NCBI GenBank assembly: GCA_019637675.1
Contig: JAHBVE010000003.1
Span: 271,696-335,695, forward strand
DNA: 64,000 bases
Reading direction: 5' to 3'
DNA from: Anaerolineales bacterium
GTDB taxonomy: Bacteria > Chloroflexota > Anaerolineae > Anaerolineales > UBA11579
The notes beneath the pieces are model-generated. The model saw nothing but the letters and a program-made list of their open reading frames with translations. It was not told the DNA's origin and made no database searches. Shown here one piece after another: positions 56,579 through 64,000 of the stretch. Made by a program: the position numbers and the translations under genes. The number at the start of each line of letters is the position of its first letter. Within the stretch, counting starts at the first letter, position 1.

Positions 56579-57262
56579 TTAAATCTCCAACGTATCGCCG
56601 GGCTGCATGACGAACGCGTCGGCGTCCGTTTCCGCATTCACGCGTTCCACCCAGGCCTTCTCGTCCTGCTTGATCACGTTCCAGGTCGAGTAGTGATACG
56701 GCATGACCCGCTTCGGCCGCAGCAGCTTGACCGCCTTCAGCGCATCGTCCGGCCCCATGGTGAAGTTGTCGCCGATCGGCAGGGCCGCAAAGTCCACGCC
56801 CTCATCGCCGATCAAGGCCATATCGCCGAACAAGCCGGTGTCACACCCCAGGTAGACCTTCTTGCCCTCCGGCGTGGTCAGCAAAAATCCGCTGGCCGTG
56901 CCCCCCGGGAAGCCGTCAGGGAAGCCTGACCCGTGCGCAGCCTGGGTCAGCTTCAAGTAACCGAACGGGTGCTTGTACCCGCCGCCAATGTGCTGGCCAT
57001 GCGTCTTGAAGCCTTTGGCGGCGTAGTAACGGGCGATCTCGTCATTGGCTATGATCAGAGCCCCCGTGCGCTGGGCGATCGGCTCCACATCGCCCGAATG
57101 ATCCCAGTGTCCGTGGCTCACCAATATATAGTCCGCCGGCACATCGTCCATGTCGATGGAAGCTTGGGCATTCTCCCGAAAGAAGGGGTCAACAACAACG
57201 TGCTTGCCGTCGACAACTAAAGCACAGGTGGCGTGTCCGTACCAGATAAAAGTCGTGGGCAT
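56579..57262 (-). CDS. Metal-dependent hydrolase, metallo-beta-lactamase fold (UPF0173-like)
   Basis: 227 aa. ILVSHGHWDHSGD (HxHxDH) motif. Confidence 0.85.
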   Translation of the reverse strand: MPTTFIWYGHATCALVVDGKHVVVDPFFRENAQASIDMDDVPADYILVSHGHWDHSGDVEPIAQRTGALIIANDEIARYYAAKGFKTHGQHIGGGYKHPFGYLKLTQAAHGSGFPDGFPGGTASGFLLTTPEGKKVYLGCDTGLFGDMALIGDEGVDFAALPIGDNFTMGPDDALKAVKLLRPKRVMPYHYSTWNVIKQDEKAWVERVNAETDADAFVMQPGDTLEI

Positions 57263-57284
57263 GGGTCTCCTTGGTGGTGGCGTC

Positions 57285-57650
57285 TTAATTCTATAAACCC
57301 TAACCCTTACTTTAGTTCTTATATTTATTCTTTAGTATTCGTATTAGGGCCTGGGGATTTGTGGATAGATATCCTATAGCACGCTTCTTTGCCCGCATAC
57401 AGCCCAGGCAATCCTGAGATGCCTAGATACAGGGCCAGGTATCCTCTACACCCATCCCCAAGCCGTGCAGGCAAAGATTCTGCATAACTCGGAGCCTTAA
57501 ACAGCAGGGGAGGGTTATCCGCAATTCATGCACATCTATCCCCCGACCAGCGAGAATAACCTGCGGCTAGTCCCTGCCCCAATCCACAGGCAACTGTCCA
57601 CAAAAGCACAGACTTATCCACAGAAACAGCCGGGGTTATCCACAAACAAG
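57285..57650. other. Candidate chromosomal replication origin (AT-rich unwinding region plus DnaA-box cluster)
   Basis: AT-rich 57285-57350 with CTTTAGT repeated 20 bp apart (57310, 57330). DnaA-box-like 9-mers: TGTGGATAG 57360-57368; TTATCCGCA 57515-57523; CAATCCACA 57580-57588; CTGTCCACA 57594-57602; perfect TTATCCACA at 57614-57622 and 57636-57644. Gene strand switches here. Confidence 0.5.
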
Positions 57651-57654
57651 CCAG

Positions 57655-57687
57655 TTAAAGACAAAACGCCCACAGGGCGTTTTGTCT
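57655..57687. terminator. Long perfect hairpin downstream of tRNA-Leu
   Basis: AAGACAAAACGCCC-acag-GGGCGTTTTGTCTT, immediately 3' of the minus-strand tRNA. Confidence 0.6.
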
Positions 57688-57689
57688 TG

Positions 57690-57771
57690 TGCCGAAGGTG
57701 GGAATCGAACCCACACTCCCAAGGGAACGCGATTTTGAGTCGCGCGCGTCTGCCAGTTCCGCCACTTCGGC
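57690..57771 (-). tRNA. tRNA-Leu (anticodon CAA)
   Basis: The reverse complement gives acceptor GCCGAAG/CTTCGGC, anticodon loop CTCAAAA, a long variable arm and T-arm GTGGG-TTCGATT-CCCAC. Confidence 0.9.
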
Positions 57772-57950
57772 TTATGATGAGCGCAAAGTATAATCACCAG
57801 AAAACCAAGGGTCAACAACAAGTTTGCGAACTTGATCGCGAAGTCGCCCTATCTGTGGAGTAGCGTAACCGAGCGTCAGCTCGGTAGCTACTCCAAAAGT
57901 TGTACGGGTTTGTGCGCCACCTTGGCTAACTATAAGGACTAGTGCAACGT

Positions 57951-59009
57951 ATGAAATTAGGCATCATCGGCCTGCCGCAATCCGGCAAGACCACCATATT
58001 CAACGCCCTCACCCGCAGCAACCGCCCGCTCGCCATGAGCGCCGGCCGCATCGAGACCACCACCGCCGTCGTAGACGTGCCCGATGAACGCCTGCACAAA
58101 CTGGCCGCCCTGTTCGCCTCCAAGAAGATCGTGCATGCCCAGATCTCCTTCGCCGACGTAGCCGGCATGGGCTCCGGCGACTCTGGCCAGGGCCTCAGCT
58201 CCCAGCTGCTCAACGCCCTCAGCGGCATGGACGGCCTGCTCGTCGTCCTACGCGCCTTCGAGGACGATAGCGTCGCCCATCCCTCACTCACCGTAGACGC
58301 CGCCCGTGACCTGGCCGCCATCTCCGACGAGCTGCTCCTCAACGATCTGATCATCGTCGAGCGCAAGCTGCAAAAGCTCACCGAGGAGCGCGGCAAAGGC
58401 GGCCGCGATATCGCCGCCCTCGATCGCCAGCTGGCCCACTTCCAAAAATTGCACGCCACCCTCTCCGACAACAAACCTCTGCGCACCGCCGGCCTCACTG
58501 ATGACGAGATCACCGCCAGCGCCGGCATCGGCCTGCTGACCCTCAAGCCCATCCTGGTCGTCGCCAACCTCGGCGAGGGTCAGCCCGCGCCCAGCTTCGA
58601 CACTCCGCTGCCCGTGCTCGCCCTGCAGGGCAAGCTTGAAATGGAGCTGGCCCAATTACCCGCCGACGAGCAGGCCATATTCCTGCAGGAATATGGCCTG
58701 CAGGAGCCCGGCTCCCTGCGCGTCATCCGCGCCGCCTACGACCTGATGGACACCCAGACCTTCTACACCGTCGGCGAGCCCGAAGCCCACGCCTGGATGC
58801 TGCGCAAGCATGCCAGCGCCCTGGAGGCCGCCGGCGCCATCCACTCCGATATCGCCCGCGGCTTCATCCGCGCCGAGATCGTCTCCGGCGACGAACTCCT
58901 CGAGCTCGGCGGCATGTCCCAGGCCCGCGATAAGGGGCGCCTGCGCCTTGAGGGCAAAGAGTACCCGATGCAAGACGGGGACATCATCAATGTTAGGTTT
59001 AATGTGTAA
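57951..59009 (+). CDS. ychF: Ribosome-binding / redox-regulated ATPase YchF
   Basis: MKLGIIGLPQSGKTTIFNALT, plus TGS-like C-terminus (RLEGKEYPMQDGDIINVRFNV). ATG at 57951 preferred over the GTG at 57942. Confidence 0.9.
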   Translation: MKLGIIGLPQSGKTTIFNALTRSNRPLAMSAGRIETTTAVVDVPDERLHKLAALFASKKIVHAQISFADVAGMGSGDSGQGLSSQLLNALSGMDGLLVVLRAFEDDSVAHPSLTVDAARDLAAISDELLLNDLIIVERKLQKLTEERGKGGRDIAALDRQLAHFQKLHATLSDNKPLRTAGLTDDEITASAGIGLLTLKPILVVANLGEGQPAPSFDTPLPVLALQGKLEMELAQLPADEQAIFLQEYGLQEPGSLRVIRAAYDLMDTQTFYTVGEPEAHAWMLRKHASALEAAGAIHSDIARGFIRAEIVSGDELLELGGMSQARDKGRLRLEGKEYPMQDGDIINVRFNV

Positions 59010-59039
59010 CCAGTAAGAAGACACCTTAAAGAGCGGGAA

Positions 59040-60014
59040 ATGATAAGGGAAGCATTTCAAAGAATCTTTAACGAATACCCCACGGCCCGACAAGAAGATT
59101 TTGCAGGGCATGAGCTAGCGGATTTTATTCGGCGGGAAGTTCCACGCGTTTTTCATGCTAGCATTTCGCAGCTTGAAGAAATGCTGTTCGCCGCCTCTCC
59201 TGGGCAGGGTAGATGGGCGGATGCCCCTTGGATAGCAGTCTTTGACCCCGCGATTACTGAAACTGCACAAGAAGGCTTTTATCCCGTCTATTTGTTTAAC
59301 AGAACTCTTACTGCGGTTTATCTGTCTCTAAATCAAGGCATGACTTCTCTGGCAAAGGAAGTTGGAAACTCACAAGCAAAGCAACTTCTCATGGCTCGAG
59401 CGGAGCTGTTGCGTAGCAGAATTGGGCCGTCTTTAAAGTTTTCAACTAACCCAATTGACCTAGAGCCTCAAGGCTCTAACGATCGTCTTGCCATGTACGA
59501 GCCGGGGCACACGCTAGGCAAGCTTTACACTGCAAACAAGTTCCCTTCCGAAAACGAACTGGTAATGGATCTCCTTGACATGGTAGATCTTTATAGAAAG
59601 GCGAAATTCTCGGGAGGCACCGATGATCTAAACGCAATCATTCAGATCAGCGAAGAGTCAGGGGAGTATTCTTCTGACTTTAGCCTTGAAGAAAAGAGAA
59701 GGCTTACTCTGCATCGCCGCATCGAAAGAAACCATAGGCTTGCGCTTCTGGCTAAGAAGATTCATGGTTACAAGTGTCAGGTATGCAGTTTTGATTTCTT
59801 TGCTGAATATGGTGAATTAGGCAAGGAATACATTGAGGCCCATCACTTGATCCCTTTATCAAGCTTGGATGTTGATAGACCCGCTTTTCTCTCCCCCGAA
59901 CGAGATTTTGCAGTGGTTTGCGCGAACTGTCATAAGATGATTCATCGACCAGGGGCTCCTAAAAACTGGGAAGCCTTTCTTAGGTTGTATCAAAAACACC
60001 AAGCAAACAAATAA
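59040..60014 (+). CDS. McrB-N-like (DUF3578) domain fused to an HNH endonuclease: candidate modification-dependent (Type IV-like) restriction enzyme
   Basis: 324 aa. ASPGQGRWADAPWIAVFDPAITETAQEGFYPVYLF...VYLSLNQG matches the DUF3578/MrcB_N pattern. C-terminal CQVCSFDF...EAHHLIPLS...CANCHKMIH is a CxxC...HH...CxxCH HNH motif. One hand-counted 60-nt line (59281-59340) has 23 G+C. Confidence 0.75.
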   Translation: MIREAFQRIFNEYPTARQEDFAGHELADFIRREVPRVFHASISQLEEMLFAASPGQGRWADAPWIAVFDPAITETAQEGFYPVYLFNRTLTAVYLSLNQGMTSLAKEVGNSQAKQLLMARAELLRSRIGPSLKFSTNPIDLEPQGSNDRLAMYEPGHTLGKLYTANKFPSENELVMDLLDMVDLYRKAKFSGGTDDLNAIIQISEESGEYSSDFSLEEKRRLTLHRRIERNHRLALLAKKIHGYKCQVCSFDFFAEYGELGKEYIEAHHLIPLSSLDVDRPAFLSPERDFAVVCANCHKMIHRPGAPKNWEAFLRLYQKHQANK

Positions 60015-60117
60015 CCTATAGCTGGTAGGCTCTCGCGAATAGTGTCCATCTGTGGACTTCATTCTCCAGCACAAATTCACCCCCTTATCCATAATAAGCG
60101 GCGGAGACCACACGCCC

Positions 60118-61212
60118 ATGCCCCGCGCCACGCTGCCCTATAACACCATCCTCCATGGCGACTGCCTCGTCGAGTTGGCCAAGCTCCCCGCCAACTCCGT
60201 AGACCTCGTCTTCGCCGATCCCCCCTACAACCTGCAACTCGGCGGCGAGCTGCGCCGCCCCAACAACACCAAAGTGCGCGGCGTCCAGGAAGCCTGGGAT
60301 CGTTTCGATGATTTTGCCGCCTATGATGATTTCACCCGCGCCTGGCTCGCCGCCTGCCGCCGCGTCCTCAAGCCCAACGGCACCCTGTGGGTCATCGGCA
60401 GCTATCACAACATCCACCGCGTCGGCAGCATATTGCAAGACCTCGGCTATTGGCTGCTCAACTCCATCGTTTGGGTCAAAGCCAACCCCACGCCCAACTT
60501 CCGCGGCACCCGCTTCACCAACGCCCACGAAACCCTGCTGTGGGCGCAGAAGGAGCAGGGCGCGCCGTACACCTTCAACTATCACGCCATGAAATCCCTC
60601 AACGAAGATAAACAGATGCGCAGCGATTGGCTGCTGCCCATCGCCTCCGGTAGTGAGCGCCTGCGTGCCGATGGCGAATCCGCCCATCCTACGCAGAAGC
60701 CCGAATCGCTGCTCTACCGCGTCCTGCTCTCCAGCACCAACCCGGGCGACGTAGTCCTCGACCCCTTCTTCGGCTCCGGCACCACCGGCGCCGTCGCCAG
60801 GCGTCTGCACCGCAACTGGATCGGCATCGAGCAAGACGCCGCCTACGTCCGCCTGGCCCGCCGCCGCATCGGCCAGATCGAGCCCGTCGCCTACGAGCAA
60901 GCCCTCTTCGAGCCCCACGAGCCCCGCCGCGAGCCGCGCATCCCCTTCGGCAACCTGCTCGAAGCCGGCCTGCTCGAAGCCGGCCAGCGCCTCTACCTGG
61001 GCGAGAAAGGCCGCGAGAGCGCCCGCATCCTCGCCGACGGCTCGCTCAAATACAACGGCCGCCGCGCCTCCATCCACCAGGCCGCCAAAGATGCCCTAGC
61101 TGCCCCCGCCAATGGCTGGCAGCATTGGTACTACATCGACCCTGACACCGGCCAGCGCCGCCCTATCGACGACCTCCGCCAGGTGTTACGCCAGGCAACA
61201 AAAGTGAAGTAG
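60118..61212 (+). CDS. ccrM: CcrM-type (beta-class, M.HinfI/GANTC-family) N6-adenine DNA methyltransferase with C-terminal DNA-binding domain
   Basis: Start trimmed to MPRATLPYNTILHGDC. SVDLVFADPPYNLQLGG (DPPY), WVIGSYHNIHRVG, NPTPNFRGTRFTNAHETLLWA, HPTQKPESLLYRV, DPFFGSGTTG (FxGxG). The C-terminal roughly 90 aa also resemble Caulobacter CcrM as I recall it. Confidence 0.85.
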   Translation: MPRATLPYNTILHGDCLVELAKLPANSVDLVFADPPYNLQLGGELRRPNNTKVRGVQEAWDRFDDFAAYDDFTRAWLAACRRVLKPNGTLWVIGSYHNIHRVGSILQDLGYWLLNSIVWVKANPTPNFRGTRFTNAHETLLWAQKEQGAPYTFNYHAMKSLNEDKQMRSDWLLPIASGSERLRADGESAHPTQKPESLLYRVLLSSTNPGDVVLDPFFGSGTTGAVARRLHRNWIGIEQDAAYVRLARRRIGQIEPVAYEQALFEPHEPRREPRIPFGNLLEAGLLEAGQRLYLGEKGRESARILADGSLKYNGRRASIHQAAKDALAAPANGWQHWYYIDPDTGQRRPIDDLRQVLRQATKVK

Positions 61213-61222
61213 ATTAAACTAT

Positions 61223-61284
61223 CCGGGTTGTATGTGCGGCTGCGCCACGCCGCACATCTGTGTTCATCTCTGGATAATTCCCGG
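61223..61284. repeat. Second copy of the hairpin plus ATCTGTGTTCATCTCTGGATAA repeat
   Basis: GTGCGGC-tgcgccac-GCCGCAC hairpin (61234-61255), then ATCTGTGTTCATCTCTGGATAA (61256-61277). Flanked by CCGGG/CCCGG. Confidence 0.65.
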
Positions 61285-61322
61285 CCAGACTAAAAATACC
61301 AAGTCAAGAAAAGGAACACCCC

Positions 61323-63092
61323 ATGACCGAATACACCCTCAGCCGTTGGTCCCTCAAAGACCTCTTCCCCGGAGCCGACAGCTCCGAGATGAAAGCCGCC
61401 ATCAAAAAGCTCGAGAGCAATGTCGCCGCCTTTGAAAAGCAGCGCGACAAGCTAACCGATGGCATCAGCGTCGATGATTTCAAAGCCATCGTCACTCAGA
61501 TGGAGCAGAACACCCGCCTCGCCGCCCGCATCGATCAGTTCGCCGGCCTCTGGTTCAGTGAAGACACCCAGAATCAGGAAGCCCAATCCTTCCAGGCCCG
61601 CGTTGATCAGCTCATGGCCGAGCTCAGCAACAAGACCCTCTTCTTCAGCATCTGGTGGAAAGCGCTCGACGATGCCGTCGCCGGCAACCTTCAGTCCGCC
61701 GTCGGGCCTGAGTTTGAATATTGGCTGCGCCAGATCCGCAACTTCAAGCCCTACACCCTCACCGAGGCCGAAGAGAAGATCGTCAACCTCAAAGACGTCA
61801 CCGGCGCCAAGGCCATGCAAGCCCTCTACTCCGCCATCACTGACCGCTATGTCTTCAAGGTCGATGTGGATGGCGAGGTCAAAGAGCTGACCCGCGGCGA
61901 GCTGATGAAGCTGGCCTACAGCCCGAATCCTGATCACCGCGCCAACGCCTACAAAGAGCTCTACCGCGTCTATGGTGATGATGCCCCCATCCTCGGCCAG
62001 ATGTACCAGACTGTCACGCGTGACTGGAAGTCCGAGAATCTCGACCTACGCAAGTTCAACAGCGCCATTTCTGTGCGTAACCTCAGCAATGACATCTCAG
62101 ATGAGGTCGTCGACACCCTGCTCGGCGTCTCGGAGGAGAACACCCGCATCTTCCAACGCTTCTTCAAGATGAAGGCCAAAGTCCTCGGGATGGAAAAGCT
62201 GCGCCGCTACGATATCTACGCTCCGGTCGCCAAGTCCACCAAGGAATATTCCTACGACAAGGCCGTTGCCCTCACCCTCGAATCCTTCGGCAACTTTGAC
62301 CCCCAACTGGCCGATATCTCCCGCCGCATCTTCGATGCCGGCCATGTGGATAGCGAGGTCCGCAAGGGCAAGCGCGGCGGCGCCTTCTGCTCCTCGGCCG
62401 ATCCGGCCCTGCTTCCCTACGTGCTGATCAACTACACCGGCGCCGCTCGGGATGTATCCACCCTGGCCCACGAGTTCGGTCACGCCGTGCACGCCGTCCT
62501 GGCCGACAAGCACAACGTGTTCAATTTCCATTCCTCGCTGCCGCTCGCTGAGACCGCATCCACCTTCGGTGAGATGCTGCTCATCGACCGCCTGCTGGAA
62601 GAGGAAACCGACCCCGCCGTCCGCCGAGACATCCTCTTCGGCCAGGTGGATGACGCCTACGCCACCATCATGCGCCAGGTCGGCTTCGCCCTCTTCGAGC
62701 GCCAAGGCCACGAGCTGGTCAGCCAGGGCGCCAGCGTGGATGACCTCTCGGCTGCCTACATGGCTAACCTCAATAGCCAGTTCGGCGACTCAATGGACAT
62801 TGCCGATGAGTTCAAGTACGAGTGGGTCTCCATCCCGCACATCTTCTACTATCCCTTCTACGTGTACGCCTACTCCTTCGGCCAGCTGCTCGTCTTCTCG
62901 CTCTACCAGCAGTACAAAGCTGAAGGCGACTCGTTCAAACCGCGCTACATCCAGCTCCTGTCTGCCGGCGGCTCCGACTCGCCGGAGAACATCCTCAAGA
63001 ACGCCGGCGTAGACATCAAAGACCCGGCCTTCTGGCAGGGCGGCTACGATGTCGTCGCCAAAATGGTAGACGAGCTCGAGAAGCTGTCCTGA
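61323..63092 (+). CDS. pepF: Oligoendopeptidase F (M3B family metallopeptidase)
   Basis: 589 aa. Zinc motif HEFGHAVH. Family-typical N-terminus (W.L.DLF...). Confidence 0.9.
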   Translation: MTEYTLSRWSLKDLFPGADSSEMKAAIKKLESNVAAFEKQRDKLTDGISVDDFKAIVTQMEQNTRLAARIDQFAGLWFSEDTQNQEAQSFQARVDQLMAELSNKTLFFSIWWKALDDAVAGNLQSAVGPEFEYWLRQIRNFKPYTLTEAEEKIVNLKDVTGAKAMQALYSAITDRYVFKVDVDGEVKELTRGELMKLAYSPNPDHRANAYKELYRVYGDDAPILGQMYQTVTRDWKSENLDLRKFNSAISVRNLSNDISDEVVDTLLGVSEENTRIFQRFFKMKAKVLGMEKLRRYDIYAPVAKSTKEYSYDKAVALTLESFGNFDPQLADISRRIFDAGHVDSEVRKGKRGGAFCSSADPALLPYVLINYTGAARDVSTLAHEFGHAVHAVLADKHNVFNFHSSLPLAETASTFGEMLLIDRLLEEETDPAVRRDILFGQVDDAYATIMRQVGFALFERQGHELVSQGASVDDLSAAYMANLNSQFGDSMDIADEFKYEWVSIPHIFYYPFYVYAYSFGQLLVFSLYQQYKAEGDSFKPRYIQLLSAGGSDSPENILKNAGVDIKDPAFWQGGYDVVAKMVDELEKLS

Positions 63093-63149
63093 TTGTCATT
63101 GCGAGGAGTGCTGCGCCAGCAGCACACGAAGCAAACCCCAACCCAACAC

Positions 63150-63185
63150 AAAAACGGCCGGTGCATTGCACCGGCCGTTTTCATC
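63150..63185. terminator. Bidirectional terminator between convergent pepF and the secreted-protein gene
   Basis: AAAACGGCCGGTGCA-t-TGCACCGGCCGTTTT, a 15-bp stem with A/T runs on both sides. Confidence 0.75.
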
Positions 63186-63201
63186 AGGCTTGTTTTGCGT
63201 A

Positions 63202-64000
63202 TCAGTCCAGCCGCCAGTACCAAAGATCATCGATGCGGTACGTGTAATCCGCCGAGGTGCTGGCGTTCACATACAGGCCAAAGCGGCCTCCGGCAAAGTT
63301 GCCGTCTTCGATCTCGTCGATCTCGAACTGGTTGGCGTACAGCGTGATCACATCGCCGATCAATCGAATGCCGATGATGTTGGTCTCCTGGCTGCCGCGG
63401 CGGATGTGGTCGCTCTCGGTCCAGCCGATGATCTCGGTCTTGGTGTACGGCGCGGTGGAGTCTAGCCGGTCGAGCCGGTAATGGCCATCACACGAGAAGG
63501 CAATGATGTAGCCACGCGCGCCCTGGCCGGTGGTCTGCGGCCCGCGCACAATGAAGCCGTAGGCCTGCTTGCCGCTGCAGTTGTCGGTCTTGACCGTCAT
63601 CTGCAGGAACAAGTTGTTGGGCGTTGGCGCCGTGAACCACCACGTATCAAAGCCGGCCTGCTTGCCGGTCATATGCAGGTGACCGCCGCCCAAGGCCAGG
63701 CGCAGCAAGTTGTCGTTCGGCAGCCCGGTCGAGTCAGCCCAATTGCGGTCGTCGTCCATGCTGTCGTATAGCGTGGGGTTGCTGCCGTACTCGTTGCGCG
63801 GGTCGAACGGCAGCGGCGTCGGGGTGGGGGTAAAGGTCGGCGTTTCCGTGGGCGGCAGAGTCTCGGTCGGTGGCAAAGTCTCCGTTGGCTCTGAGGTGTT
63901 GGTGGGCAAAGGGGTTTCGGTTGCTGTGGCGGCCAGCGTTGGCGTTTCGCTGGGCGGCGGCAGCGGGGTCTCGGTGGCTGTGGGGGCGGGCGCAAACGGC
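63202..64000 (-). CDS. Secreted protein fragment: Pro/Thr-rich linker plus C-terminal beta-sandwich-like domain; N-terminus lies beyond the window
   Basis: The reading frame stays open to the window edge; the track start at 63909 is an internal TTG. (E)TLPPTETP repeats are followed by a roughly 190-aa domain (FIVRGP...GYIIAFSCDGHYRLDR...GRFGLYV). A LamG/DUF1080-like fold is inferred only. Confidence 0.6.
   Translation of the reverse strand, partial: PFAPAPTATETPLPPPSETPTLAATATETPLPTNTSEPTETLPPTETLPPTETPTFTPTPTPLPFDPRNEYGSNPTLYDSMDDDRNWADSTGLPNDNLLRLALGGGHLHMTGKQAGFDTWWFTAPTPNNLFLQMTVKTDNCSGKQAYGFIVRGPQTTGQGARGYIIAFSCDGHYRLDRLDSTAPYTKTEIIGWTESDHIRRGSQETNIIGIRLIGDVITLYANQFEIDEIEDGNFAGGRFGLYVNASTSADYTYRIDDLWYWRLD

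Noticed and set aside
63780-64000. Repetitive GGTGG/GGCGG-rich DNA that could look like a tandem repeat or CRISPR-like array
   Set aside because: It is in frame with the minus-strand ORF and encodes a Pro/Thr/Glu linker (TETLPPTETP...). The repeats are imperfect and there is no spacer structure. It is a coding low-complexity linker.

Overview
High-GC bacterial chromosomal window (about 60-65% GC by eye) with two short AT-rich single-gene islands. Gene content (SpoVS, MutS2, deoxynucleoside kinase, GatCAB, leaderless-looking promoters) suggests a Chloroflexota-like, non-proteobacterial host; that assignment is inference only.

Layout:
1. 1-20,980 (minus strand): a roughly 20-gene glycan biosynthesis and export locus. 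It holds Wzm/Wzt-type ABC-2 exporter genes, nucleotide-sugar enzymes, nine GT2/GT4 glycosyltransferases, a polytopic GT-C-like membrane protein, a cupin/aminotransferase/TylM1-like methyltransferase cassette, an MsbA/PglK-like ABC exporter and wecB. Two paralogous winged-helix regulators bracket it.
2. 20,982-31,363: lhgO, then a plus-strand block with a cobalamin riboswitch and BtuFCD-like importer, an atypical response regulator, tRNA-Gln, glmU, a CorC/CNNM transporter, cdd, a phosphoesterase and a DUF4349 lipoprotein.
3. 31,410-40,401 (minus): a tightly coupled leucine-catabolism-type operon (carboxyltransferase, biotin carboxylase, separate BCCP, MaoC hydratase, CitE-like lyase). Two large paralogous GT-C-like membrane proteins are embedded between the carboxylase subunits. 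I rate this the most unusual feature.
4. 40,429-57,262 (mostly minus): mutS2, spoVS, deoxynucleoside kinase coupled to a PEP/pyruvate-binding-domain protein, dnaN, a low-GC PD-(D/E)xK-like island, gdh, MOSC, gatC-gatA-(sugar nucleotidyltransferase)-gatB, an esterase, a sulfite-oxidase-like Moco protein and an MBL hydrolase.
5. 57,285-57,650: AT-rich stretch plus DnaA-box cluster at a gene-strand switch, a candidate oriC.
6. 57,690-64,000: tRNA-Leu, ychF, a low-GC McrB-N(DUF3578)-HNH fusion, a full-length CcrM-type N6-adenine methyltransferase, pepF and a partial PT-rich secreted protein.

No CRISPR array, rRNA, transposase or integrase was seen. Many long ORFs in the track are antisense shadows typical of high-GC DNA and were rejected.
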